Positions 44,259 to 54,036 of a stretch of DNA of 64,000 bases are shown here, piece after piece. A model generated the notes under the pieces. The model worked only from the letters and a program-made list of their open reading frames with translations. It did not search any database and was not told the origin of the DNA. The DNA is from a virus (Duplodnaviria > Caudoviricetes): IMG/VR virus record IMGVR_UViG_3300032274_000001, positions 8,939 through 72,938 of that record; one strand, 5' to 3'. Each line of letters opens with the position of its first letter. Positions within the stretch are counted from its first letter, which is position 1. Made by a program: the position numbers and the translations under genes.

Positions 44259-44688
44259 CGCGGCTAGAGAGATGCAGTGGTGGGAGCACGTGAACTGGAA
44301 CGCTCCGCACTGGGTCAAGATCACCGTCCGGGACGTCTCTACCGTGGTGGGGAACGTGGCCAAGGGCTCGGTGGTGCGGATGCCTGGCACGGAGGCAAGG
44401 CGCTTGTGTCAGTGGGCCAACCCTCCGCTTGGGGAGCTCGCAGACGAGCTGGCAGAGCGCTGGCTGATCCTGACCCCTACGGCGGCCTCGTTTAGCCCCG
44501 AGACGGTGCGGGAGATGGAGGCTGGGCCAACCCCTGGCCCGGCCATCGTGCTCCCAGAGGCGAAGCGAGAGCCCTTGGCGGAGGTGATTGCCCGGTGTGC
44601 CGCGTCTGGTGTGGGGCACTCTTTGAAGCAGTCGCGGAGGATCGCGAAGCAGCGAGCCACGCGGGAAGCGAAGCGACTGGCTCCCTGA
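44251..44688 (+). CDS. Small head-associated protein candidate
   Basis: VKITV...VAKGSVVRMPGTEARRL. Confidence 0.5.
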   Translation: MSDAAREMQWWEHVNWNAPHWVKITVRDVSTVVGNVAKGSVVRMPGTEARRLCQWANPPLGELADELAERWLILTPTAASFSPETVREMEAGPTPGPAIVLPEAKREPLAEVIARCAASGVGHSLKQSRRIAKQRATREAKRLAP

Positions 44689-44720
44689 GGGGGACCGGTC
44701 TTGGCCTGGAGGGAGACGAG

Positions 44721-44999
44721 ATGAGAAGGCAACGAGATGGGGAGATGGCGAGGCGTACTCCCGGTCAGCGAGTAGCCCGTTGGGTCCGGGTCGCCGTCGC
44801 TACCCTCAGGGGTAAGGTAGACGGGGGGCCCGAGGGCCTGCGTGTCCCGTGGTGGTGCCGATTCCCTGCTGGTTGGCACCTGAACGTGGAGCGGAGCGGC
44901 TTCGACGGGTGTAGCCACGAGGGCCGTTGTCTGGACTGTGGCCGGCGTGTCTTGCTGGATTCTCAGGGTAACTGGTTCGAGATGGAGGAGAGATCATGA
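44721..44999 (+). CDS. Hypothetical protein
   Basis: Coupled; C/H motif. Confidence 0.5.
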   Translation: MRRQRDGEMARRTPGQRVARWVRVAVATLRGKVDGGPEGLRVPWWCRFPAGWHLNVERSGFDGCSHEGRCLDCGRRVLLDSQGNWFEMEERS

Positions 45000-45358
45000 A
45001 GCGACGCTCACTGGTACAGGCTCTAGCGGCTCTCCCTGGGCTCCTGGCGGCATTTCGGTCGGCGTCCGGGGCAGAGGAGAGGGGAAGCCTGATCGTCTTG
45101 GGTGGCCCGTTGCACGCTTCGGTGATGGTGCATGATGGCTTTGAGGGCTGGTACCAGCAGCTTCCGTGCGGGGATCACTGTTCGCGCATGGTGGAATGGC
45201 GGAACCTCGGTGATGGAATGATCAAGGCCCGCAGTCCAGAGGACGTGCCATGCCTGCGCGCGTGGGTAGGGAAGACCCCGACCATCCTTGGCATCGACCC
45301 CGCGTATCCGGGGGCAGAGGAATCGGCTCACTGGACGGGCCAGTGGTCCCCCATGTGA
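44996..45358 (+). CDS. Small protein with Tat-like signal
   Basis: MKRRSLVQALAALPGLLAAF. Confidence 0.55.
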   Translation: MKRRSLVQALAALPGLLAAFRSASGAEERGSLIVLGGPLHASVMVHDGFEGWYQQLPCGDHCSRMVEWRNLGDGMIKARSPEDVPCLRAWVGKTPTILGIDPAYPGAEESAHWTGQWSPM

Positions 45359-45414
45359 CCCCGCCGCAAAACCTGACCGAAATGCATACCACGTTGGTAG
45401 GGAGGAACCTGGAG

Positions 45415-45606
45415 ATGAGTGACGTAGAGTACCGACTGAAGTTCCGGATTGGCGATGCGGCAGTTTACAAGGGGGAGATCACTGGCCGCGTAGATGCGAT
45501 CCGGATCGAAGCCGAGTCCGTGAGGGTCCGGCTGGTGATAGACGAGATCGGGACGCAGCTGTGGGCTCTAGAGTCGCTGGTCGACTTCGCCCCCGATCCC
45601 GCCTGA
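45415..45606 (+). CDS. SH3-like small protein
   Basis: KFRIGDAAVY...GRVDAI. Confidence 0.45.
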   Translation: MSDVEYRLKFRIGDAAVYKGEITGRVDAIRIEAESVRVRLVIDEIGTQLWALESLVDFAPDPA

Positions 45607-45632
45607 CCCCGGGGGGTGATCGCATCGAAAGC

Positions 45633-46769
45633 GTGAATGGGCATTCTTTCTCCCGGCGACGGAAGCTCACCTGGGCAGTCAACCGCGAGATCCTCCAAGG
45701 CAATGCGTTCGGCTATACAGCGGCCAGCCGAAACCTGATGGATGCGCTCTCGCGACGATCAGACGTGGATCTCGCAGACGAAGGCGGAGAGGACGACTGG
45801 GTCGTCCACTTCTGTCACCCGAAGAACTTCCACCCGGAGAACTACCCGGGCAGGCGCAACGCCATCTTCACCATGTACGAGATGCACCCGCCGCCGCCGT
45901 ACTACAGCCAGAGTTTCAAGAAGGCGGACCTGGTGGTCACGCCCTCGACGTACTGCGCCAAGCTGTTCAAGCCCCTGGTGGGGAAGGTCCCGCTGGCGGT
46001 CTCGCGGCTTGGCTACGACTCGGAGCGGTTCAGCTTCCACGAGGGCAGGCAGCCCCCCGAAGAGGGAGTAGAGCCGTTCCGGTGGCTGTGGCTGGGCGCA
46101 GCGAACGAGCGCAAGGGCTACAAGATTCTGATGGTGGCTTGGGCGTTGGATCCGAAGCCCGACCACGGCAAGACCAACGCCGGTCTAGTGGGCGCGGATG
46201 GCAAGCCGATGTTCTCGACCCTGGAGCCGCACCCGGACCCGGCATTCAAGGACAGGCGAGACGTGTGTCTGCTGATGAAGACGACCCGCTGGCAGGACGG
46301 GGGCGACGAGCGGACGTTCAGCGTGGACAACGTCTGCTACGACGAGCGCCGGCTATCCCGGGACGACCTGGCGGGTCTCTACGACGGGGCCCATGCGTTC
46401 GTGTTTCCCAGCTACGGCGAAGGCTGGGGATTGACGGCACTCGAGGCGCTGGCGACGGGGCTGCCCGTAGTGACGATCGACTATTCGGGCATGCGGGACT
46501 TCCTCGACGAGAAGCACGGGGCTGCGTTCTGCGGGTACTCGGAGGTGGAGTTGGACGTCGACCGGGACGAGGACGGGTTTGGCAAGGCGTTTGCGATGCG
46601 GCCAGACGTCTGGGATCTTCGGGCGAAGATGAACGACGTGATGCGCAATTACCCTGCGTATCTGAAGCGAGCGAAACGTGGAGCTCGGCGAGCGGCCGAG
46701 CAATTCACCTGGGACCATGCGGCCGAGAGTCTGGTCGATGTGCTGGGCCGGGCTGAAGGGGGGCGATGA
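45633..46769 (+). CDS. Glycosyltransferase family 4 (GT-B)
   Basis: FTMYE, VVTPS, GEGWGLTALEALATGLP. Confidence 0.9.
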   Translation: MNGHSFSRRRKLTWAVNREILQGNAFGYTAASRNLMDALSRRSDVDLADEGGEDDWVVHFCHPKNFHPENYPGRRNAIFTMYEMHPPPPYYSQSFKKADLVVTPSTYCAKLFKPLVGKVPLAVSRLGYDSERFSFHEGRQPPEEGVEPFRWLWLGAANERKGYKILMVAWALDPKPDHGKTNAGLVGADGKPMFSTLEPHPDPAFKDRRDVCLLMKTTRWQDGGDERTFSVDNVCYDERRLSRDDLAGLYDGAHAFVFPSYGEGWGLTALEALATGLPVVTIDYSGMRDFLDEKHGAAFCGYSEVELDVDRDEDGFGKAFAMRPDVWDLRAKMNDVMRNYPAYLKRAKRGARRAAEQFTWDHAAESLVDVLGRAEGGR

Positions 46770-47086
46770 AGATGGGCAAGATGGCGGAGTGGGCGACGAA
46801 GCGGTTGCTGTTGGATTTGCAGAACCAGGGCATGGTGGTGGAGCGGGAGGCGGGCTCGGATGCTCTGATCCTGAAGGAGACGGCCGAGAGTGAGGAGACG
46901 TACCGGGTGACGCTGGGCGTTGAGCTGATGCAAGCGGAGACGGAGGAAGCGGACGATGCAGGAAGCGTTGATGCAGGCAGAGCAGATGGGCCGGCTGGAG
47001 GCGATGGTGGAGGAGCAGCGGAAGCTTCACCAGCGGCACCGGCAGGGCAAGGCGGGGACCCAGAAGACGAGACGCCGGCGCCGTAA
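46766..47086 (+). CDS. Hypothetical protein
   Basis: Coupled; low-complexity tail. Confidence 0.4.
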   Translation: MKMGKMAEWATKRLLLDLQNQGMVVEREAGSDALILKETAESEETYRVTLGVELMQAETEEADDAGSVDAGRADGPAGGDGGGAAEASPAAPAGQGGDPEDETPAP

Positions 47087-47198
47087 GGCTGCCCGCGTAG
47101 CTCGGAAAGTGTAGGTGGGTTGAAACGGCTGGGGCACTTGCGGCATAGTCGCGGAGGCGCCCCAGCCGGGCGCCCAATGGCCCGGAAGGAGACGAGAG

Positions 47199-47384
47199 AT
47201 GGACGTTACGAGGGATGCTGTTCGTAGGGCGGTTGCCACGCTTTTCGTGAATCGCAGCGGGGACACGGCGGAGCGGTTGGTGCTGGTCAACGACACGAAG
47301 GGTCAGACTGACCTGGGTGGTTTGAGTATGCCCGCAGTGGTCGGGCGGCTTTGTGAGCAGCTTGGAATCGGGAGCGAAGATTGA
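47199..47384 (+). CDS. Hypothetical phage protein
   Basis: AGGAG RBS, ERLVL...DLGG pattern. Confidence 0.5.
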   Translation: MDVTRDAVRRAVATLFVNRSGDTAERLVLVNDTKGQTDLGGLSMPAVVGRLCEQLGIGSED

Positions 47385-48541
47385 CCCCCGGCGGCCTGTC
47401 GGCTCCTGACCCGTTCGAGGGGAAGACCCCCCCGCCTGGCCCGCTGACGGTCCACGTCCTGGGCGCTGGTGGCCCAGCGGGTGTGAACTTCATCCACTGC
47501 CTCAAGCACGGGGTACTGAAGGACCGGCCCATCCGCGTTGTGGCCTACGACGACCAGCCACACCATCTGGGGCTTGTAGCCGAAGCGGACGAGTATGGGT
47601 CGCCCGGCCAGATGGACTTGGAAGTGCAGTCTCTTGGGGGTGGTCGTCATCTGATCGTGGCGCAGCCTGACGCGCTGGTAGCGAAGCTGGCGAAACGTGG
47701 GCCCTGGTACCCGGAGGACATGGTTGCTCTCCCCGGCCCGAACACCATCGCGCTCGCTCAAGACAAGGCATCCACGGCTTTGGTCTGGCACGAGCGGCAG
47801 GGCAGGAGGTTCTCTGTCGTACCCTGCTCGGAGAGCGCCGTAGAGGCCCGCAGGACTGCGCTGGAGGAGGTCGGGTACCCGATGTGGCTCCGGGCCCGGA
47901 CGGGGGCTGGGGCCCGTCTGGCGAGCCTGGCGGAGCACCGTGGCCAAGCCGACCTGTGGTGCCGGTACGTTGGCATGCGCTTCGGAGAGAGCGACCTGCT
48001 TGCCGAGACGTACCTGCCCGGCCGGGACTACGGCGTGACGCTGGTCTACTGGCACGGTCAGCTGGTGGGTCAGATGGCTCGAGAGCGGTTGGAGTACCTG
48101 TACCCGCAGCATGCGGTGTCGGGCCGGACGGGGACGCCCACGGTGGCGCGTCTGATCTGCGACCGGGGGATTCTGTGGCGTGCCCAGATGGCTGTGGACC
48201 AGCTCTGCTCGGCCGCAGGAGAGGCGCCCCATGGGGTGTTCTGTGTCGACCTCCGGGAGGACAAGGAGGGAATAGCGCAGCCCACGGAGATCAATGCCGG
48301 GCGGTTCTTCACGACGTCGCACGTTGGCTTGCTGCCCTGGGGGCAGGGGGTGGACCTCGTGGGCTTGTACGTGGGGCTCGCGTTTGGGCTGAGGGAGCCG
48401 CCGAACAATCCGCTAGGGCTGCTGCCCCAGGACGACGGGACGCTAGTGCTGCGGCACATCGATGCGGGGACGCATTGGATCCGGCCCCAGGACATGACCG
48501 AGGAGATGAGCGAATGGCTGAAGACACTCCCGACGCCGTAG
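47381..48541 (+). CDS. ATP-grasp ligase
   Basis: GAGG..G N-terminus, GYPMWLRARTGAGAR, ETYLPG, VDLRED...EINAGRF. Confidence 0.85.
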   Translation: MTPGGLSAPDPFEGKTPPPGPLTVHVLGAGGPAGVNFIHCLKHGVLKDRPIRVVAYDDQPHHLGLVAEADEYGSPGQMDLEVQSLGGGRHLIVAQPDALVAKLAKRGPWYPEDMVALPGPNTIALAQDKASTALVWHERQGRRFSVVPCSESAVEARRTALEEVGYPMWLRARTGAGARLASLAEHRGQADLWCRYVGMRFGESDLLAETYLPGRDYGVTLVYWHGQLVGQMARERLEYLYPQHAVSGRTGTPTVARLICDRGILWRAQMAVDQLCSAAGEAPHGVFCVDLREDKEGIAQPTEINAGRFFTTSHVGLLPWGQGVDLVGLYVGLAFGLREPPNNPLGLLPQDDGTLVLRHIDAGTHWIRPQDMTEEMSEWLKTLPTP

Positions 48542-48549
48542 GGTTTCCT

Positions 48550-48786
48550 GTGGACGCCTTGAGCAAGCACTGCATAGTTCTAGGGCTGAGGGCGCGTGAC
48601 ATGATTACCGGCTTCGAGGGGGTCGCGACGGGCCGACTGGAGAACTACCACGGGCCGCCCGAGATTCGGATACAGCCGGAGTTCTGCGGCGACGACGGCA
48701 AGCCCGCCGAGGCAGTGTGGTTCGATGAGGGACGGGTCGAGTTAGTCCCGGGTGAGGCCAGGGTAGGGTTTAGGTGGACGCCGTGA
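48550..48786 (+). CDS. Small phage protein
   Basis: D.ITGFEGVATG...WFDEGRV. Confidence 0.6.
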   Translation: MDALSKHCIVLGLRARDMITGFEGVATGRLENYHGPPEIRIQPEFCGDDGKPAEAVWFDEGRVELVPGEARVGFRWTP

Positions 48787-49457
48787 GCCGCCTGACAGTG
48801 GGCTGCGTAGTCACGTCCTGGAACTACGGGATGTTCATCGACGAGGCCCTGACGTCCCTTGCGGGCCAAACGCGCTCGGCTGACGAGGTGGTCGTTGCGG
48901 ATGATTGCTCGACGGATAGCAGCGTAAGCCGGCTCAAGGGGTGGGCGCACATGCCGTGGCGCATCGCGCAGCGGAGCGAACGGCTGGGATTCGTCGAGAA
49001 TGCCAACCGGGCGATAGCCGCCCTGGGCACGGATCTCGCGTTCGTTCTCTCCGCCGATGACTGGCTAGAGCCTGGGTTCATCGAGAAGCACGCGGCGGCC
49101 TTGGAGAACGCCGAGGCGGACGTTGCGCTCGCCTACTGCACCATGGCCTACCGTTGCACCGAGCCCGGCCCTAGGATGGACCTCGACGGCCACGTGATTG
49201 GGTTCCAGAGGTGGAGCGACGCCATCATGGGAGGGAACTTCGTGAACGGCTCGGCGATGTTCCGGCGCGAGGTATTCTTGGGGATCGGGGGATTCCCGGA
49301 GCGGGACCGCGAGGAGGACCATGCGTTGTGGGTGGAGATGGCTCGGGCCGGGTACCGCGGCGTGCAGGTCGGGGGCAGGGAGGTGATGCTCAACTACCGC
49401 CAGCACGGGAGAGGGCATCGTAACTACGGTGACGACGAACGGAGGAGGGCTACGTGA
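48783..49457 (+). CDS. Glycosyltransferase family 2
   Basis: VVTSWNYG, VADDCSTD, SADD, EED. Confidence 0.9.
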   Translation: MSRLTVGCVVTSWNYGMFIDEALTSLAGQTRSADEVVVADDCSTDSSVSRLKGWAHMPWRIAQRSERLGFVENANRAIAALGTDLAFVLSADDWLEPGFIEKHAAALENAEADVALAYCTMAYRCTEPGPRMDLDGHVIGFQRWSDAIMGGNFVNGSAMFRREVFLGIGGFPERDREEDHALWVEMARAGYRGVQVGGREVMLNYRQHGRGHRNYGDDERRRAT

Positions 49458-49627
49458 CGAATGAAGCGATTCAGATGCTGCAAGGCGCAGCGGAAGAAGT
49501 AGACAAGCACGCAAGTGCATTGCTCAAGTTGGGGCTTCCAGTGGAGCTAGTGCGAGCAATCCGCGGGTACGCAGAGAAGTTGACGGCAGACATTCCCCCC
49601 GATGATTTAGCCGAAGCGGGCTGACCC

Positions 49628-50428
49628 ATGGCGATCGGCATAGTCATCCCCGTCTACAACAACTGGCACCTGACGAAGGCGTGCCTGGAGTCGATCGACG
49701 CAGCCGTCGGCTGCCCTAGCGATCGCCCGCTCGTGGTTACGGTGAACAACGGGTCTACGGATGCAACGGCGACACAGCTGGCCGCGCGATGTTCGCCATT
49801 CGAGATCGGGGTGGAGAACGACACGAACCTGGGGTTCGCGAAGGCGTGCAACGAGGGTGCGAGGCATGCCCTAGTGAACGGCTGTGAAACCGTCGTCCTC
49901 CTGAACAACGACACCGAGGTTTACCCCGGAGCGCTGGAGGCTTTGGCGGGTGCGGCCCAAGAGTACGGCATTGCGGGGGGCTTCCTCCTGTACCCGGACC
50001 GGCGGACGATCCAGCACGCCGGCATGGTGGGGGAGCCGCTGGTGCATCTCTACCGCCACGTCGATGCTCGGAAGTGCCCACCGAGCTGGAGAGCCAAGCC
50101 CTTGCAGTGCGTGACGGGTGCGGCGATGGCCATCAAGGCCGACCTCTGGCGCGATTTGGGCGGCTTGGATGAGGGCTACGTCAACGGATACGAGGACGTC
50201 GATCTGTGTTTCCGGGCCCGTGTCGAGCACGGTGCCGAGGTGTGGTTCGAGCCCGAGGCTGGGTTCATTCACCACGAGGGTCGGACGGAGGGTCGGTTTG
50301 TGAAGGAAGTGCAGAACGCTGGGCGGTTCTACGGACGGTGGGGGCACGTGATCCGAGCGGATGCTCGGGAGGTGATCGAGGCCGACAATCAGAATCATCC
50401 AGTCGAGGCGCCGGGGTGGCTGCGTTGA
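49628..50428 (+). CDS. Glycosyltransferase family 2
   Basis: IVIPVYNN, LLNNDT, VTGAAM, GGLDEGY..GYEDVDLC. Confidence 0.92.
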   Translation: MAIGIVIPVYNNWHLTKACLESIDAAVGCPSDRPLVVTVNNGSTDATATQLAARCSPFEIGVENDTNLGFAKACNEGARHALVNGCETVVLLNNDTEVYPGALEALAGAAQEYGIAGGFLLYPDRRTIQHAGMVGEPLVHLYRHVDARKCPPSWRAKPLQCVTGAAMAIKADLWRDLGGLDEGYVNGYEDVDLCFRARVEHGAEVWFEPEAGFIHHEGRTEGRFVKEVQNAGRFYGRWGHVIRADAREVIEADNQNHPVEAPGWLR

Positions 50429-50898
50429 CTGAGTCGGAGTGGAGAGAGGCGCGCCCGCCGGGGCACATCAATCTCGCGTTGCTGGAGTGGCTGAGCGAGC
50501 ACCTCAAGGTGGGCACGGAGCCGATTGAGCGACGGTGCACGCTGTATGTGCCGCACGTGGCGAAGTGCTGGGAGCCGCATCCGTTGCCGGGGATGGGGGT
50601 GTATCCGGCGATGGGGGTGTATCCGGCGATGTGGCAGAGCCACCACGAGAGGGTCATCCCGGGGCGGTCGATGGCGCAGCTCCACGCGTGGGCAGTGCAT
50701 GCGGACTGTGCTCTCTATAAAAAAGGCTGGGGGTTCATTCGGTCGCCACAGGGCTGCGGTCGTTTTTCCGACCAGCGCCAGTTGGAGCCCTTGGAGCTCA
50801 ACCACCCTGAGCATACGCGAGGTCAGATTCTCCCCGAGCGCACTCGCCGAAGCGGGCTCTTCGACATCATAATGTACACCCCGTGGGGGGCTTTTTAG
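50425..50898 (+). CDS. Hypothetical protein
   Basis: TTG start overlapping the GT2 stop; contains an 18-bp duplication. Confidence 0.45.
   Translation: MTESEWREARPPGHINLALLEWLSEHLKVGTEPIERRCTLYVPHVAKCWEPHPLPGMGVYPAMGVYPAMWQSHHERVIPGRSMAQLHAWAVHADCALYKKGWGFIRSPQGCGRFSDQRQLEPLELNHPEHTRGQILPERTRRSGLFDIIMYTPWGAF
50592..50631 (+). repeat. 18-bp direct tandem repeat (2.2 copies)
   Basis: GATGGGGGTGTATCCGGC twice. Confidence 0.9.
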
Positions 50899-50902
50899 TC
50901 AG

Positions 50903-51439
50903 ATGAGCGATGACACCAACTACCGCCGCAACGTGACCATGGTTCTGAAGGCTCTCATGGGCCGCCTGACAGCCGATCCGCCATCGACGGTAGTCGAGGT
51001 GGGGGTGATCCCGCATCGCTTCAGAGAGACGTACGGAGCGTCCGTGGGGGGCAGCTGTGCGGAGCGTATCTGGGCCGAGATGGGCTTCAGTGTGAACAGG
51101 TGGGACATGGCGGACAAGGATACCATCGATGATGCGGTGATCGGCTGGGACATCTGCGAGGGTCCGCCGCCGGGCCGGTACGACCTATGCGTGGTGAGTG
51201 AGGTGCTCGAGCACGTGGCCGACCCATTTGCGGCGGTGACCCAGCTCAAGGGGGCTGCTCCGGTGGTTCTGGTGACGGTGCCGTTCCTGTACCCGGAGCA
51301 CGAGCCGAAGCCCGACCTGTGGCGGTTCACCCCGGATGGGTTGGCCGAGCTGCTCCGGCAGGGTGGGTTCTCGGAGGTAGAGACGGAGGTGGCTTACGTG
51401 GACGGGCGAATTACCAACGTGGGAGCGGTGGCGCGGTGA
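50903..51439 (+). CDS. Class I SAM-dependent methyltransferase
   Basis: VVEVG, YDLCVVSEVLEHV, TVPFLYPEH..P.DLWRFTPDG. Confidence 0.85.
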   Translation: MSDDTNYRRNVTMVLKALMGRLTADPPSTVVEVGVIPHRFRETYGASVGGSCAERIWAEMGFSVNRWDMADKDTIDDAVIGWDICEGPPPGRYDLCVVSEVLEHVADPFAAVTQLKGAAPVVLVTVPFLYPEHEPKPDLWRFTPDGLAELLRQGGFSEVETEVAYVDGRITNVGAVAR

Positions 51440-51825
51440 GTGAAGCTATGACCCCTGAGGAGCGAGCTCGGAAGATCGACGAGTTCATGGCCGAGGAGCA
51501 TCCGATTATTCCGGCAACACCGATGATCGCGACGCCCCCCACGGCCCTGACCGACGGCCCGCACCCGATTCGTCGGATCTTGGCGGAGATCTACCTAGAG
51601 GCGACGGGGGTGATCCCCCACGTGGAGCGGAAGGCCCCCGAGCGGATCAAGCCCGGATGCTGTGAGGCCGGCGATGCCTACGTCTGGGCATATGCGCTGC
51701 CTGACGTCCCCGAGTGGACTCTGAGCATTCCCCCCGATGGGGAGATGGAGATTGACTACTGCCCGTTCTGCGGGCGGGGCCTGGCCGGATGTGCCGACCC
51801 CCAGGATTTCCCCCGATCCGAGTAG
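51436..51825 (+). CDS. Hypothetical phage protein
   Basis: IDYCPFCGR motif. Confidence 0.5.
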   Translation: MSEAMTPEERARKIDEFMAEEHPIIPATPMIATPPTALTDGPHPIRRILAEIYLEATGVIPHVERKAPERIKPGCCEAGDAYVWAYALPDVPEWTLSIPPDGEMEIDYCPFCGRGLAGCADPQDFPRSE

Positions 51826-51843
51826 CGTGGTACCTATCCCGGC

Positions 51844-52032
51844 ATGAACCGGGATTTCGTAATGGGTACGCTGACCCTCCCGCCGGGCTTGGACGTGAAG
51901 CCGGCGAGCGACCCGGAAGCTGTGCTGGCTCAGGCTGCCCGTGAGGGCCTTGTCTGCTCCGAATGCGGTGAGAGGGCGCAGCTAGCCGACATCGCCGCAG
52001 GCCATGTTTGCTACTCCGAGGACGGAGACTGA
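51844..52032 (+). CDS. Small Zn-ribbon protein
   Basis: CSECG...HVC. Confidence 0.45.
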   Translation: MNRDFVMGTLTLPPGLDVKPASDPEAVLAQAAREGLVCSECGERAQLADIAAGHVCYSEDGD

Positions 52033-52036
52033 GGGT

Positions 52037-52612
52037 GTGGCGGACGGGAGAGCCAGCATCTCGGTCCCCGACGGGGCCCTGGGAGGCCCTGGAGCGGCCC
52101 ACAGCGCCCGTATCGCGGTACCGGGGGGTAACGGTGCAGCTGGGGTCCTTCTCCCTGAGGGGGCTTTGGAAGGCCCTGGGGCGGCCCATGCCGCTCGTAT
52201 CGACGTCACCCGAGCCCTCTACTACATCGTCGAAGCCGTTGCGGCAGGGACAGCAGAGCTGATGGATTTCCACTCGGACGACTACGTCAGCGGCGACGTC
52301 ACGGCCTATCTGGGCGGTGGGCACTGGGACCTCCAGGAGGCCGAAGCCGAGATCGCGGTGGCGGCAGGCACGGCTTCGATTCTGGTGGTGAGTGCCAGCG
52401 TGGCACCCACGCCCGGGACGTTCGTCTATACGCTGCGCCGGGATGGCGCGGACACGGGCTTGACGGTGACGCTGACCGGCTCGGAGACGGAAAAGGCCAT
52501 CACGACCAACGTCAGCTACACTCAGCTGCAGAAGATGAGCCTCAAGTTGGTGCGCTCGGGGAGTGCGCCGAAGGCGAAACACGGGGCGGCTCTGAAGTTC
52601 ACCCCGTCATAG
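52037..52612 (+). CDS. Virion accessory beta-sandwich protein
   Basis: Internal duplication GAL(G/E)GPGAAH(S/A)ARI; YTLRRDGADTGLTVT. Confidence 0.55.
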   Translation: MADGRASISVPDGALGGPGAAHSARIAVPGGNGAAGVLLPEGALEGPGAAHAARIDVTRALYYIVEAVAAGTAELMDFHSDDYVSGDVTAYLGGGHWDLQEAEAEIAVAAGTASILVVSASVAPTPGTFVYTLRRDGADTGLTVTLTGSETEKAITTNVSYTQLQKMSLKLVRSGSAPKAKHGAALKFTPS

Positions 52613-52623
52613 GAGATCGCAGG

Positions 52624-54036
52624 ATGTCGATCATCACCCGGCCCGGCAAGATTATGGCAGTAGCCTTGGCGGCCTTGGTGGGATCTGCGGGCTCCGCCCT
52701 GGCACTCGACCCCGACGACCTGTCGATCGAGAACCCAGACGGCACGGAGAACATCTCGTTCAAGTACAACGCCGCCTCTGGCGATCTGGGCCTGGCCTCG
52801 GACGAGTGTGCTTTCCAGGCCAACGGAATCATCTGCGAGGGGTCGACCGCCGATGCCAATGAGACGCGGCTGGTGTTCCCCGCCGATCCGGCCGCAGAGC
52901 GCACGATCACGTTCCCGGACGCGACCGGCACGGTCCTCCTGAGTGAGCAGCAGGATGCGGGCACGGACGTCACCGCCGACCTCGAGGAGGAGGCCCACGC
53001 CAGTGAGCACGCCTCGGCGTTCATCGTCGCCTCGGGCGAGACGCTGGTGTTCAAGGACACCGACACCCTGGCGGGCAACCCGGCGCTGGGCTCGGAAGAG
53101 TGCGTGTTCTCCAACGACGGCACGGGCGGTATCCTGATTTGCGAGGGTGCGACCGCAGACACCAGCGAAGGCTTGCTGGCCTGGAACCCGACCAGCGACC
53201 AGACCCATACGATCCCCGACGCGAGTTCGGACACGTTCGTGCTGTTGGCAGCGACCCAGACGCTGACGAACAAGACGCTGACGACGCCCACCATTGGCGA
53301 CTTCAGCAACTCCACGCACGACCACTCGAACAACGCCGGTGGCGGGCAGGTAGACATCGACGACCTGAGCAACCAGGCCACGTGGGCCACGGCGGCGACG
53401 AAGATCACGGCCAACCTGACCATTTCGGGCGTAGAGGTGGACTACGAGGGCGGTGCTTCGGAGGGCTTCCCCCGGCTGGCGCAATCGACTACGCCGCCCA
53501 GCGCGGAGTGTGACGAGTCGGGCGAGGCTGGCCGGCTGTACTTCGACACCGATGCGGACACGGACGGCTCGGTGTTCGTCTGTACGGGCACCGGGGGGTG
53601 GAAGGACATCGACGACGACGGGGGCGGCGTGGCAATCAACCCCGACCGGTCTGTCGATTCGGAGATGCGGGTCAAGCTTGCCGCATTGGGCAAGATCTAC
53701 ATGAGCCTGTCGGGCAAGCTCTGCTCGACGGAGGCGGACTGCAACTCGCCCTTCCGGACGGGCACACTGAACAACCTGGACTGCTTGTCCACGGTGGCGC
53801 AGACGGTTGACGAGGTGAAGGTCACGCTAGGCACGGGGACATGCACCACGGCTAGCTTCACCTACGACGGGAGCGAGGCGTCGCTGCCCGCGGCGGCCAA
53901 CACGATGGCCAACGGCTCGGACGCATCCAAGACGGGTGGGGCGAACACATGCGCGCGGATCGAGATCGAGAACACCGGCGCATCCGGCATGGCGAACAAG
54001 GGCTACATCAACTGCTCCATCAAGCAGACGGCGTAA
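52624..54036 (+). CDS. Fibre-like protein with signal peptide
   Basis: AVALAALVGSAGSALA signal; two ICEG.TAD.E...P...T..PDA repeats; TQTLTNKTLT. Confidence 0.7.
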   Translation: MSIITRPGKIMAVALAALVGSAGSALALDPDDLSIENPDGTENISFKYNAASGDLGLASDECAFQANGIICEGSTADANETRLVFPADPAAERTITFPDATGTVLLSEQQDAGTDVTADLEEEAHASEHASAFIVASGETLVFKDTDTLAGNPALGSEECVFSNDGTGGILICEGATADTSEGLLAWNPTSDQTHTIPDASSDTFVLLAATQTLTNKTLTTPTIGDFSNSTHDHSNNAGGGQVDIDDLSNQATWATAATKITANLTISGVEVDYEGGASEGFPRLAQSTTPPSAECDESGEAGRLYFDTDADTDGSVFVCTGTGGWKDIDDDGGGVAINPDRSVDSEMRVKLAALGKIYMSLSGKLCSTEADCNSPFRTGTLNNLDCLSTVAQTVDEVKVTLGTGTCTTASFTYDGSEASLPAAANTMANGSDASKTGGANTCARIEIENTGASGMANKGYINCSIKQTA

